From sequence record OQ689735.1: a stretch of DNA of 64,000 nucleotides; one strand, written 5' to 3'. The notes beneath the pieces are model-generated. The model searched no databases, was not told the DNA's origin, and saw only the letters and a program-made list of their open reading frames with translations. Below, piece after piece: positions 46,026 through 55,290 of the stretch; position 1 is the first letter of the stretch; the number at the start of each line of letters is the position of its first letter. The translations under genes and the position numbers were made by a program. This DNA comes from Escherichia phage 4E10.

Positions 46026-47027
46026 TTACTTAATTAACTGTAAAGCTTGTTCCAAACGATCCAGGCGATTAACAGATTCTTCCCAAATCCTTTTAGCCTG
46101 CTCATATTCTTTCTGCGCTTTATTAGAAATTTCTAGAGCTTCTTTATAAGCTTTTTCTAATGCAATAACTTCTGGACGAATTTCTACCGATTTAGGCGAA
46201 TCATCAAGATTATCCATTAGTTCCTCAAGTGTAGTTTCTTCTTTAGGAGTATTCACAATTTCTTCACATTTTTGTTGGTAAATTTCTTTATCAGTTAGTG
46301 AATAAGCACACTTTACTTCACGAAGACTAACTACAATTTTATATCCTTCCCAACCGCATATATTCTTAAAAGGATAAGTATGAATATTTTCTACTGTTTC
46401 CATACAAAGTAGTGCAGTCTCTAATTGTCGAGTTATATCACTAGCAATTGAGAAAAATTTATTAATATTCTTTTGGTTAGCGTCTGGTGTAAAAAATTCA
46501 TAATTCACAAAAATAGCTGCTTTATTTTTATCAAGCTCATATTCTTTTATGATAATCATATCAGAAGCCCAAGGATGAATTTGACGATAATCGCCATAGC
46601 ATAATTTAGAAGCTGATTTTAGAATTTGCTTTTTGAAAAGTCTGAAATTACTAATCCAACGACGAGTAAAAATATTCTCAGGGTCTTCTTTAATATTAAG
46701 ATGATAAGAATTAACATCACCGAACCAATTATATCCTACTACATCTTTAGTTCGTTTAATTTCTTTCCCAAAATTACCAAGAATATCCCGATTAACCAAA
46801 TATGAAAGAAGACGAGACTCTTTAAAGGTTTTCTTGATAACATCTTTATCTACACGGCTAGAAATTTTACGAATTTCATGAATAAATTTAGTAGAAGAAA
46901 CAATACTTGCATCAACACTATTGAGCCATTGATTGATAATAGAAAGAACGATATTTTGGCCAAACATCGGTATAGCTTTATCATCAATAACGCTATTGAA
47001 TGATTTGATATATTCGTTACGAGTCAT
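46026..47027 (-). CDS. hypothetical protein, coiled-coil family member B
   Basis: Track ORF trimmed to ATG after GAGGAG (MTRNEYIKSF...); motif WISNFRLFKKQILKSASKL. Confidence 0.55.
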   Translation of the reverse strand: MTRNEYIKSFNSVIDDKAIPMFGQNIVLSIINQWLNSVDASIVSSTKFIHEIRKISSRVDKDVIKKTFKESRLLSYLVNRDILGNFGKEIKRTKDVVGYNWFGDVNSYHLNIKEDPENIFTRRWISNFRLFKKQILKSASKLCYGDYRQIHPWASDMIIIKEYELDKNKAAIFVNYEFFTPDANQKNINKFFSIASDITRQLETALLCMETVENIHTYPFKNICGWEGYKIVVSLREVKCAYSLTDKEIYQQKCEEIVNTPKEETTLEELMDNLDDSPKSVEIRPEVIALEKAYKEALEISNKAQKEYEQAKRIWEESVNRLDRLEQALQLIK

Positions 47028-47055
47028 ATTAATCTCCTCAGTAGAAAGTAAGAAC

Positions 47056-47085
47056 ATTATACCACATCCTTGTGGCAAAGTAAAC
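47056..47085 (-). promoter_or_regulatory. T4-type early promoter
   Basis: GTTTAC, 18 bp, TATAAT with CCACA/TGTGG spacer repeat. Confidence 0.55.
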
Positions 47086-48104
47086 TAGTTCAGTGCATTT
47101 AGTGCATTGTTCAGTTTAGAACGTTGCTTTGTCAGATTTTGAACCCTTGACTGAGCTTGTTCTAACACCTTTTCAGCTTCTAGCACTTCATTGGTCGCTT
47201 TAACGAGTTCATCATCTACTGCCTTAAGAGACTTCTCAATCGCGTCAGCGTGCCATTTTTCTACAGGTTTAAAATTTGAATTTTCAGTAGGAAGAAAACT
47301 CACTTTATTAAGTTTACATGCATCTATATTGCTTGAGTTATACATCCAAAATTTAGGATCGTTTGATAAGTAATTAGATAAATTTAAGTTATCTTGCACT
47401 TCTTGCTTTTTCTCTTGTGGGACTTCGTCCTTTCTCAAAAAATCGTATTTAAATGAAACGACCATATCAAGTTCATACGTTGTTGTGTCTAATTTAAATC
47501 GCTCAAAACGAGGTAAAATCTTAGAATGAACACTAGCAACAACATCCATATACTTAAATGCTTCTGTCAACTGCGATTTAAGGCATTCGCAAATTGAAAG
47601 AGAATTTTTTGTATTAGGTTTAAAGCTAATTCGTGCAGTTCTATTATTTTCTTTTAATGGTCTTACTTCCATCTGAAGAGTATAACCATCAAATTTCAGG
47701 TTCTTTAAGTTAATGTCAGAACCTTTTAATCGACTAGCTGTCGACAAAATTTGCTTTAATTGTTTACGGAATAGAGCAATAAATCTCCATTCAAGACGGT
47801 AATGATTTGGATTAAAAAATCCTGTTGATAAATCAACCTTACTCTGACCAACGCCTTGAACAAATAGAGGATTTTTATAATCAATAGTTTTACAGAAATC
47901 GGTGAGCTGTTCACGAGCAGTCATTTGCGTAATATATCCAGCTTTATCAAAATGTCGCAACCATTCACTGCTATTCATATACTTAAAGTGAATGGAACTA
48001 TTAACTCTATCAGGGTCTAAATTATTTTGGCACAAAAATGTCATAACATTACGGGTATAGCTGGCATTACGAACCATATCTTCAATTTGAGAACGAGTTT
48101 TCAT
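47085..48104 (-). CDS. hypothetical protein, coiled-coil family member C
   Basis: 339-aa ORF; motif WRFIALFRKQLKQILSTASRL; C-terminal coiled coil. Confidence 0.55.
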   Translation of the reverse strand: MKTRSQIEDMVRNASYTRNVMTFLCQNNLDPDRVNSSIHFKYMNSSEWLRHFDKAGYITQMTAREQLTDFCKTIDYKNPLFVQGVGQSKVDLSTGFFNPNHYRLEWRFIALFRKQLKQILSTASRLKGSDINLKNLKFDGYTLQMEVRPLKENNRTARISFKPNTKNSLSICECLKSQLTEAFKYMDVVASVHSKILPRFERFKLDTTTYELDMVVSFKYDFLRKDEVPQEKKQEVQDNLNLSNYLSNDPKFWMYNSSNIDACKLNKVSFLPTENSNFKPVEKWHADAIEKSLKAVDDELVKATNEVLEAEKVLEQAQSRVQNLTKQRSKLNNALNALN

Positions 48105-48112
48105 GGTATTCC

Positions 48113-49000
48113 TTAAGATTTAAGTAAATCAACAATTTTAATTAACTTTTCACGCTCAGATTTAGCTTTACTACTCAATCCAGATAGTCTAAAGATTTCA
48201 TCGTCATATTGTTGAATAGAAATATTCAGCTCTTCAATTTGCTTATTAAAATAATCAATTTGCTCAGAATGTTTTTCGTTACTACGAACTGGTACAGGTT
48301 TTGTAGGCAATTTAGTTGAACTGGATTCATCCGGGCGATAAATTAAAATACAACTTGAACCAATTGGACATTTTGCACCAGATGAATATTCTAATGTTCC
48401 AGATTCTTTTAAAACTTCAAAAGCTAAACAGAGATGATGACCCATATTGACATAATCAGTAGAGCGAGCTCTGATGTAATAATCATCTCCACGAGTACTA
48501 AATTTAAAGCATTTAAGGTCTTCTGTATTATTGGTCTTAAAAATCATTTGTTTATCTAGACCTTTAGCTAATCGAGCGCCTAATGCTAATAATCGTCGTT
48601 GATTTTCCCACAAATCTGCAATCATTTGGTCAAATGATAATTTTGGCATTAGTCGACCATAAAGGTCATATCCTTTATTATAATTACGAAGAATTTCACT
48701 CGCATTAATACGAGACAATGCTCCAATTTTATTAAGGGCTTTCATGATGCGATTAGATAAACTCATTCCAGATCCGTTTGTTCGCTGTAAATGTTTTTCT
48801 AATCCAAATCCAATATCAACTTTAAATTTATCTAAAATTTCAGCATGAACATCTCTGTCAATAACATTCAAATCCAAAGTTGGGTTAAATCTATGAAAAA
48901 ATTTATCTGGCTCTCCACGACGAAGTACAGTCCATTCATTCAATTTTTTATTAACTAAAGATTTAATTACTGTATTGACATTATTAATTACTACTGACAT
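48113..49000 (-). CDS. hypothetical protein, coiled-coil family member D
   Basis: Track ORF trimmed to ATG after GAGGA (MSVVINN...); C-terminal coiled coil. Confidence 0.5.
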   Translation of the reverse strand: MSVVINNVNTVIKSLVNKKLNEWTVLRRGEPDKFFHRFNPTLDLNVIDRDVHAEILDKFKVDIGFGLEKHLQRTNGSGMSLSNRIMKALNKIGALSRINASEILRNYNKGYDLYGRLMPKLSFDQMIADLWENQRRLLALGARLAKGLDKQMIFKTNNTEDLKCFKFSTRGDDYYIRARSTDYVNMGHHLCLAFEVLKESGTLEYSSGAKCPIGSSCILIYRPDESSSTKLPTKPVPVRSNEKHSEQIDYFNKQIEELNISIQQYDDEIFRLSGLSSKAKSEREKLIKIVDLLKS

Positions 49001-49007
49001 ATTTTCC

Positions 49008-49415
49008 TCACTCAATTTCAATTTTACTAAATACACAGAATATGATGGAAAAGACTATATAAGCACCGCATACAGATTGAACTAATACCATTCCAAAGAA
49101 CCAAACAATATTATCAAACCATGTCTGTTTTACGTCGAAAGGACGTAAACTTACAGTAATATTATCACCTTTTTCTATTGAAGAATACATCTCTGGGGAA
49201 ATATATTCACTAAATCTATAACCGTCTTTGAGTTCATATACGGCAATAAACGATAAACTAGACCCCTTTCCTTGAGTTCCTGTAAGGGTATTAACTACAG
49301 TAACATCATAATCTTTATAATGCATATAATCATTAATAGCATAATAACCATATGCAACTACTATACATAAACAACATATCAATAAATTCAATCTTTTAAT
49401 TATCAACTGTTTCAT
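49008..49415 (-). CDS. membrane protein
   Basis: 135-aa ORF with N- and C-terminal hydrophobic helices. Confidence 0.5.
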   Translation of the reverse strand: MKQLIIKRLNLLICCLCIVVAYGYYAINDYMHYKDYDVTVVNTLTGTQGKGSSLSFIAVYELKDGYRFSEYISPEMYSSIEKGDNITVSLRPFDVKQTWFDNIVWFFGMVLVQSVCGAYIVFSIIFCVFSKIEIE

Positions 49416-49470
49416 AATAATCTCAATTAAAAGGGCTTAGAACCATTATACCATCCTTGGTATAAAGCGG

Positions 49471-49998
49471 TTATGCGAGTACCGTCTTTAACCGTTCTTC
49501 AAACTTCCGAAGAGTATTTTGGCGTTCAGCTCTTTGCTTTTTGTAAGTTTCAATACGCTCTGAAATGAGAGTGTATCGTTCATTTACTGATTCTTTCATA
49601 AAATCAGGAATTTCACGAGAAGCTTTAATCTCATCAAATTTATCAATAACAGCTTGCTCTTCAGCAATTAAGTTATCATACATTAAAATATCTTTCTTGA
49701 TGAACTCAATATCTTCTTGAGTTACACGAGATAATTTAGATGCTTTATCCTTTTTGTACTGTTCGTTAGTATCACGAGACCAGTGTAATGTACGATTTTT
49801 ATTCGTATTTTTGTAAATTTCTACAATACCAATTTCATCAATAATAACGATCCAATTCCAACGGGATTTGTAAATTTGTCCTCCATCAACAGTGATTTCA
49901 CCTCCGATTGAGATGTCATTAAAGAACTTGCTTTGTGCTTCAGATTTAAATTTACCATCGTTGTAATTTACCAGGTTGAAAATATCTTTAGCATTCAT
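49471..49998 (-). CDS. hypothetical protein with C-terminal coiled coil
   Basis: Track ORF 49471..50058 trimmed to ATG after GGAGG (MNAKDIF...); the upstream part is promoter leader. Confidence 0.5.
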   Translation of the reverse strand: MNAKDIFNLVNYNDGKFKSEAQSKFFNDISIGGEITVDGGQIYKSRWNWIVIIDEIGIVEIYKNTNKNRTLHWSRDTNEQYKKDKASKLSRVTQEDIEFIKKDILMYDNLIAEEQAVIDKFDEIKASREIPDFMKESVNERYTLISERIETYKKQRAERQNTLRKFEERLKTVLA

Positions 49999-50026
49999 TT
50001 TGTGTTCCTCCGTAGTTGATAGTTGT

Positions 50027-50056
50027 ATAGTACCACAGAGGAACAGTCTTGTAAAC
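50027..50056 (-). promoter_or_regulatory. T4-type early promoter (cassette copy)
   Basis: GTTTAC, 18 bp, TACTAT; shares GTAGTTGATAGTTGTATAGTACCACAG core with 25091..25120. Confidence 0.55.
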
Positions 50057-50058
50057 AA

Positions 50059-50373
50059 CTAAAAGAAACTTCTTTCACAATTTTTTCCACTAAACCATGC
50101 GCTGACCGCTTTCTTAGTCTCAGGAGCAGTGTTATCCATAAACCATTCAAAGGCAGCCTTTTTATGATTCTGGAGGGCTTCTCGGGCTTTAATCTGCTCA
50201 CGGTCTATTAACACTAATATATGAGCCTTTCTTGTCACCAAGGGCTTCTTATGATTCTTGGAGTATTCCCAGTCATTTGTCCAACGCATTGTCGTTGCGA
50301 ACTGATGAACCGCGTCTTTAATTTTAGTTTCATAAATTTCACGAGCCTTTGAGTATAACATCACTACCTCCAT
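50059..50373 (-). CDS. hypothetical protein
   Basis: 104-aa ORF. Confidence 0.5.
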   Translation of the reverse strand: MEVVMLYSKAREIYETKIKDAVHQFATTMRWTNDWEYSKNHKKPLVTRKAHILVLIDREQIKAREALQNHKKAAFEWFMDNTAPETKKAVSAWFSGKNCERSFF

Positions 50374-50462
50374 TCACCAGTTTAATTCTAGTCATCTTTT
50401 TGATGGCAGTCCATATAATCTATTTCTGAACTGCCTTTTTGTCATAGAAGTCCTCTTATGAA

Positions 50463-51431
50463 TTATTTCAGAAGAGTAACCTCAGCGATTTCTTCCCAAC
50501 CGTTTTTGTCGGTCATAATAAAGTCAGCAAGATAAAGAGCAGTACGCAGTGAAACATTGCGTAAACGATTAACATTGACTTTCATCCATGATAATGCTTT
50601 ATAAGTTTCTTCATCAGAAAGACCGCGCTTTTGCATCATGTCAGTTGAAAGAATAACATCTTCAACCCTGACCATAATTTCTTCATTAGTGTGAACACCC
50701 AAATCTAAATAAACTGAGCGGGACACTAATGCTTGTAAATGTGGAGCAAGTTTAGTACCACGGTCTAATTCGCGGTCAATGTCAACGTTTGTGATAAAAA
50801 CAATCGTTCCTTTAAATTCAAACTCACGCTCAATGCCTTTTTCTTCTAAGTAAGAAGATGCAGTGCTCCAGCAGACTTTACGGGTCTCTCCAGTGTCCAG
50901 AGCGGCTTTTAGAAGATTAAGAATATCCATATCAGAGAAAACATCCACATCATCAATCAAAAGGACAGAATTCTCTTCACGATTATTCCAAAGCTGCTCA
51001 TAAAGACCGATACCGGAGATTTTACCGTTAATGCTTTTATATTCAATGTATCCAATATCATTTGCTTTATTTAAAGCTTTATCTAAAGAATACGTTTTAC
51101 CAATACCTGCTGCACCAGAGATAATTAATGAACGAATGTTTCCGTTAATAATACCATTCGTCATCATTCCCATAACATTAAATCTTTTATTAATGCGGGT
51201 TTTCATATCTTCATACGATTCTTTAACTTCTTCAACTTTTACACCATCATATGAAATGTCTGATTTGTAAACCCAAACACCGCGACGTTTACCGTCAATT
51301 TCAACAAAAACTTTACCATCTCCTTGTGCATCTACCGGAGCATTATCTGGGAACCATTCGCCTAAAAGCTCAAAAGTTCCAGAGATTTCTTTACCGAAGT
51401 AGATACCCTTATTGATAGTTACAGTTTTCAT
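50463..51431 (-). CDS. P-loop NTPase
   Basis: Track ORF trimmed to MKTVTINK start; Walker A GAAGIGKT, Walker B LLIDDVD. Confidence 0.6.
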   Translation of the reverse strand: MKTVTINKGIYFGKEISGTFELLGEWFPDNAPVDAQGDGKVFVEIDGKRRGVWVYKSDISYDGVKVEEVKESYEDMKTRINKRFNVMGMMTNGIINGNIRSLIISGAAGIGKTYSLDKALNKANDIGYIEYKSINGKISGIGLYEQLWNNREENSVLLIDDVDVFSDMDILNLLKAALDTGETRKVCWSTASSYLEEKGIEREFEFKGTIVFITNVDIDRELDRGTKLAPHLQALVSRSVYLDLGVHTNEEIMVRVEDVILSTDMMQKRGLSDEETYKALSWMKVNVNRLRNVSLRTALYLADFIMTDKNGWEEIAEVTLLK

Positions 51432-51468
51432 TTTATTCTCCAAATCTGTATCAGTAGTTGATAGTTGT

Positions 51469-51498
51469 ATAGTACCATAAAGCTTTATGATTGTAAAC
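51469..51498 (-). promoter_or_regulatory. T4-type early promoter (cassette copy)
   Basis: GTTTAC, 18 bp, TACTAT; about 50 bp identical to 25071..25120. Confidence 0.6.
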
Positions 51499-51528
51499 CG
51501 TTTTGTGAAAAATTTTTGAAATAAAAAA

Positions 51529-51546
51529 GGGAGCCCGAAGGCTCCC
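51529..51546 (-). terminator. hairpin terminator (GGGAGCC-CGAA-GGCTCCC)
   Basis: Perfect 7-bp stem after the 51549..52562 stop. Confidence 0.5.
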
Positions 51547-51548
51547 TA

Positions 51549-52562
51549 TCATTTATAATAACTTCGGTGGTTTTCAAGATAGACCTTCTCAAGGAAGTCA
51601 TCCCAGAAACTCATGTCTACTGTTTTAGGCATACCGTTCTTAGAAGCTTCAGTAGATGCTGCTTCTACTTGATCGACCACATCTTCTAAAAACTCTTGAA
51701 CCGTTTTAAATGGATGCTTACCCAACTTCACGTCGAGAATAAATGGAGCGTCTTGAAGTGGATAAATCAAGTCGCCAGTTTTGTAAATTTCCAATAGTTG
51801 AAGTCCACCACGACAGGCATGACTCAGAGCTTTCCAGTCAATGCCTTCATTGGCTTCGGCCTTACGAGCACGTTCACCATATTCAGCATCTAATTTGTTC
51901 AGTGACTGCTTAAGCTCAATAAGAGAAAGCGTTGTCTGATATTTACGACCCAATACAGTGTAGAACGTTTGTGGACCTGTTTTCTCATGATTATGGAATA
52001 CCCATTCACAAAATTCGTTCTCTGGAAGACGATGCTTAATATCTTCAACTTTAGTTCGACGCTGCTTAATGGAACCGTCTTCTTGGTAATCAACCCATTG
52101 CTCAGGGATTTGATTAACTACTTTCAATACATCACGTAATGCGGCCAAACGAGAACCCTTAACACCGTATTTAGAAGCTTGCTTGCGAACATATCCTAAA
52201 TAGGATTTCATGTTAGTCGTATAAAAACGAGAACGGTTGTCTTGAATAAACTTCCACACATCAGGCAAATCGGATTTAACCACTAGTTCAGGTGGAGTGT
52301 GAAGCATATCCAATGCTACAGTTTCACCATCTGCTGCTAATTTAAAGAAATACTTAAGACTGTATAGTTCATGGTCAATATCATCTTTAGTGTTTTTAGA
52401 TGATGTGTTGTTAGTGTTTTTACTCATATGCTCTTTAACATTTCCAATAAGAATATCGCGAGCAGGAGGAACAAAGATTTCTTTAAAATCTACATCAGAT
52501 TCTGGAGTAGAAGTTCCATAAAGATGACTACCAAAATAGCTTTTCATTACTGTTTTCATCAT
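51549..52562 (-). CDS. putative nucleotidyltransferase (pol-beta superfamily)
   Basis: 337-aa ORF; N-terminal GS...D-x-D motif as FGSHLYGTSTPESDVDF. Confidence 0.5.
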   Translation of the reverse strand: MMKTVMKSYFGSHLYGTSTPESDVDFKEIFVPPARDILIGNVKEHMSKNTNNTSSKNTKDDIDHELYSLKYFFKLAADGETVALDMLHTPPELVVKSDLPDVWKFIQDNRSRFYTTNMKSYLGYVRKQASKYGVKGSRLAALRDVLKVVNQIPEQWVDYQEDGSIKQRRTKVEDIKHRLPENEFCEWVFHNHEKTGPQTFYTVLGRKYQTTLSLIELKQSLNKLDAEYGERARKAEANEGIDWKALSHACRGGLQLLEIYKTGDLIYPLQDAPFILDVKLGKHPFKTVQEFLEDVVDQVEAASTEASKNGMPKTVDMSFWDDFLEKVYLENHRSYYK

Positions 52563-53020
52563 TCAGCCTTATATTCAATAACAGGACATACTTTAGCTTT
52601 ACGCGCTTTTAAAAATTCGACGATAATAGATTTCTTGGGTTGAATAGGAGGTAAACCTTTATACGCCCTATCAATATTTTCTACATGTAAAGCATAATCC
52701 TTTTTCCATTTATAATCTTTATATTTTTCATGCAGTTGTGCAGGAATAACAAATGAACCGATAATAAGTAAAACAAGCAAAATGGCAAGTATAAATGCCG
52801 ATGGAAGAAGAGTCCATAAACTACCGAAAATAAGCCAACGTTGTAGGCTTTCTGCACAAATAATTGTTAGCCCTACGAGTATAGCACATCCAAAAATAGA
52901 AACGAAAAATGTAGGAATGGCAATAGACCAAAAATATGCGCATAGTGTCTTAGGTCGTTGCCATTCATCGTTAAACAATTTGAATAATTTATAATGCCAA
53001 GAGTTTTCATTAATAATCAT
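52559..53020 (-). CDS. membrane protein
   Basis: 153-aa ORF with several hydrophobic helices. Confidence 0.5.
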   Translation of the reverse strand: MIINENSWHYKLFKLFNDEWQRPKTLCAYFWSIAIPTFFVSIFGCAILVGLTIICAESLQRWLIFGSLWTLLPSAFILAILLVLLIIGSFVIPAQLHEKYKDYKWKKDYALHVENIDRAYKGLPPIQPKKSIIVEFLKARKAKVCPVIEYKAE

Positions 53021-53022
53021 AA

Positions 53023-53544
53023 TTATCCTTTCATTGAAGGCGTAACGGTTGTTAAATACTTAATCATAGCTTCAGCTTCTGATTTTGATAATGAAATTTC
53101 TCCATTGTTTTGACGAATAGAAATAAAATCCGGATGACGGTCACCACCAGCTTTTAAAACACACATATAAGTATCAGTTTCACCTTCAATATTTGAAATG
53201 ATTGAAGCAGTTCCACATGAATGCGGTTTTTGATAAATCAATGCAGCTTTTCTTCCGCCATTTGACTGCTCATAGGCTTTTAATACATCAAGCAAATCAG
53301 TTCTTTTATCAATAGCTAAAATGTTATTTTCATCTTCAATGTTAAATCCTTCGGATACTTCATAAAGTGTTACCCATAAATCACCAATGTCAATAACAGC
53401 ATTTACTTTTCCACGGCTTTCAAGAGTATGACAAATTTTCTTGATTTCGTCATAACTCATTTTAATAATATCATCTCCTTGACTAAGGAAGATGTCATTT
53501 TTAAATTCAACACGAATTAAACCGCTTCCACTTGAAATAAACAT
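53023..53544 (-). CDS. hypothetical protein (paralog pair member)
   Basis: 173-aa ORF; C-terminus EAEAMIKYLTTVTPSM resembles next gene. Confidence 0.5.
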   Translation of the reverse strand: MFISSGSGLIRVEFKNDIFLSQGDDIIKMSYDEIKKICHTLESRGKVNAVIDIGDLWVTLYEVSEGFNIEDENNILAIDKRTDLLDVLKAYEQSNGGRKAALIYQKPHSCGTASIISNIEGETDTYMCVLKAGGDRHPDFISIRQNNGEISLSKSEAEAMIKYLTTVTPSMKG

Positions 53545-53550
53545 ATTTCC

Positions 53551-54093
53551 TCACTTTGAAATCATAGTTGGAATGACAGAATCAAGATAAGTCTTTAGCG
53601 CAATAGCTTCGTCTTTGGTAAATGTGACAATATGTGCTCGAGAATCATCATTTTGGCGAACAAGTACGACATCGCCATCTTCATAAGAAGTCTTGACATC
53701 CAAAGTCGTAGTATAATTTGCAGCTACTGGATTAATAATGCTAGCACCGCGATCTTTAGCCCATTGAAGTTTAGCCTTTTCGGGTGTTTCGACTGTTTCA
53801 GATTCCAAGAATTCTTTCACCTTGGCAACGAATGTTGCCCAATTGTTGATAGAAAGACACGCAAGTTCAGTTTCAATATTACCACCGTGAGTGCCACGAT
53901 AAAAACGAACTTGGAGGTCGTCTGTAATATTAGTTACACAGGTAACTCCTGAGGGAGCATAAGATAAAATCGCAGGCAATTCCATAGGAAGAATAGTAAT
54001 ACTATCGTCTTCCTGCGTCAGAACGTATACATTACCACGTTTTTCGATAACCAGGTCACCGAACAAATCAGTTGTTTCAATTACAGCTTTCAT
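53551..54093 (-). CDS. hypothetical protein (paralog pair member)
   Basis: Track ORF trimmed to MKAVIET; C-terminus EAIALKTYLDSVIPTM. Confidence 0.5.
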   Translation of the reverse strand: MKAVIETTDLFGDLVIEKRGNVYVLTQEDDSITILPMELPAILSYAPSGVTCVTNITDDLQVRFYRGTHGGNIETELACLSINNWATFVAKVKEFLESETVETPEKAKLQWAKDRGASIINPVAANYTTTLDVKTSYEDGDVVLVRQNDDSRAHIVTFTKDEAIALKTYLDSVIPTMISK

Positions 54094-54094
54094 A

Positions 54095-54280
54095 TTATTT
54101 ACCAATTAAAGTTTCAATATAAGAATCAAGATTTACTTTAGCTTCTTCCATAAGAGTTTTGTATTTAATCTTGCTGGCATGTCCAGAAAAAGCTGATTCA
54201 TCAATAATTGTTGACGTATGAACAGCTTTACTATACGTCTCAATTAATTCTCTTAATTTAAAAGCCTGCTCACTTGTCAT
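54095..54280 (-). CDS. small hypothetical protein
   Basis: 61-aa ORF. Confidence 0.45.
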   Translation of the reverse strand: MTSEQAFKLRELIETYSKAVHTSTIIDESAFSGHASKIKYKTLMEEAKVNLDSYIETLIGK

Positions 54281-54412
54281 TACATACTCCTCTGAATCAT
54301 ATCAATAATGTTGTTCACCAGATTATAAGTAAACATTGGGTAATTATATTGAATCATCACATACACAACAAACAAAACTTTCATTCTCTTCTCCTTGGCA
54401 GTTGACAAGATT

Positions 54413-54442
54413 ACTATACCATAACCTTGCCAACTTGTAAAC
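54413..54442 (-). promoter_or_regulatory. T4-type early promoter
   Basis: GTTTAC, 18 bp, TATAGT; imperfect inverted repeat GTTGACAAG/CTTGCCAAC brackets the -10. Confidence 0.5.
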
Positions 54443-54444
54443 CA

Positions 54445-54600
54445 TTAAATGACGTTTTCGATAAAATTCTGAAGCTTTGTATGAGCATCAACCATGATTT
54501 TCAATTCTTCTTTAGCGAAAGCCGTACCTCTTTCCCGAGCAGAATACTCATAGTCAGAAACTGCATTAGCATATTCTTCAATTAGCTTCATTAAAAACAT
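54445..54600 (-). CDS. small hypothetical protein
   Basis: 51-aa ORF below cutoff (MFLMKLIEEYANAVSDYEY...). Confidence 0.4.
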   Translation of the reverse strand: MFLMKLIEEYANAVSDYEYSARERGTAFAKEELKIMVDAHTKLQNFIENVI

Positions 54601-54607
54601 CTGCTTT

Positions 54608-54802
54608 TCAGTTTTCATTATTCCACCTAATCATTTCAAGATATTGAACTAACTTAGCTTTAGATTTATCCAAATCCCTTTTAGCTGATTCTATACCATC
54701 GTATGAATATCCTTCACAATGCTCAACTGCTAATTGGTATGAATCTATTTCAATATCATGCGCTAATTTAATGATTTTTTCAAACTGTTCACGTGTTAGC
54801 AT
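54608..54802 (-). CDS. small hypothetical protein
   Basis: 64-aa ORF. Confidence 0.45.
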   Translation of the reverse strand: MLTREQFEKIIKLAHDIEIDSYQLAVEHCEGYSYDGIESAKRDLDKSKAKLVQYLEMIRWNNEN

Positions 54803-54804
54803 AA

Positions 54805-55008
54805 TTAAACTCTCGTATTATGATCGATAATTTCATCAAGAAACATATCTAACGCTTCTAAAGCATTATCAACTTTAGTTTCAAGTTCATCAATGCCTTT
54901 ATTTGCAATGCCTGATGAAAACCAAGCAAAGTCACTAAGTTCCTCATCTGCTTTACGAATTAAAGCTACCAATTCCTTAATTTTATCCGCTTGTTCGATA
55001 CTAATCAT
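54805..55008 (-). CDS. small hypothetical protein
   Basis: Track ORF 54805..55044 trimmed to MISIEQADK. Confidence 0.4.
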   Translation of the reverse strand: MISIEQADKIKELVALIRKADEELSDFAWFSSGIANKGIDELETKVDNALEALDMFLDEIIDHNTRV

Positions 55009-55196
55009 TATTCCACCACATATGAAAGAGAGAATATTGCACATGCCATGTGAGTTGCAACTTCATCACACATATTATAGCGTTTCTTAAGAAGTTCTAC
55101 AAGTTCTTCACTAGTAACTTCATCCATGTCGACGAAAAAATCACCATTAATGATGACGTAGATATTTCCTTCTTGATTGAGTGCTTCAATTTTCAT
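55008..55196 (-). CDS. small hypothetical protein
   Basis: Track ORF 55008..55343 trimmed to ATG after GAGGAG (MKIEALNQ...); the rest is promoter leader. Confidence 0.45.
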
Positions 55197-55224
55197 GATG
55201 TTCTCCTCTTTATCCGATAGTTGT

Positions 55225-55254
55225 ATAGTACCACAGCTCAAACGGAAAGTAAAC
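55225..55254 (-). promoter_or_regulatory. T4-type early promoter (cassette copy)
   Basis: GTTTAC, 18 bp, TACTAT; upstream flank shared with the soc-proximal promoter. Confidence 0.55.
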
Positions 55255-55269
55255 CGGTAAAATGAAAAA

Positions 55270-55285
55270 GTCTCCCGAAGGAGAC
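55270..55285 (-). terminator. hairpin terminator (GTCTCC-CGAA-GGAGAC)
   Basis: Stem-loop after the 55291..55677 stop, abutting the next promoter. Confidence 0.5.
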
Positions 55286-55290
55286 TAATG

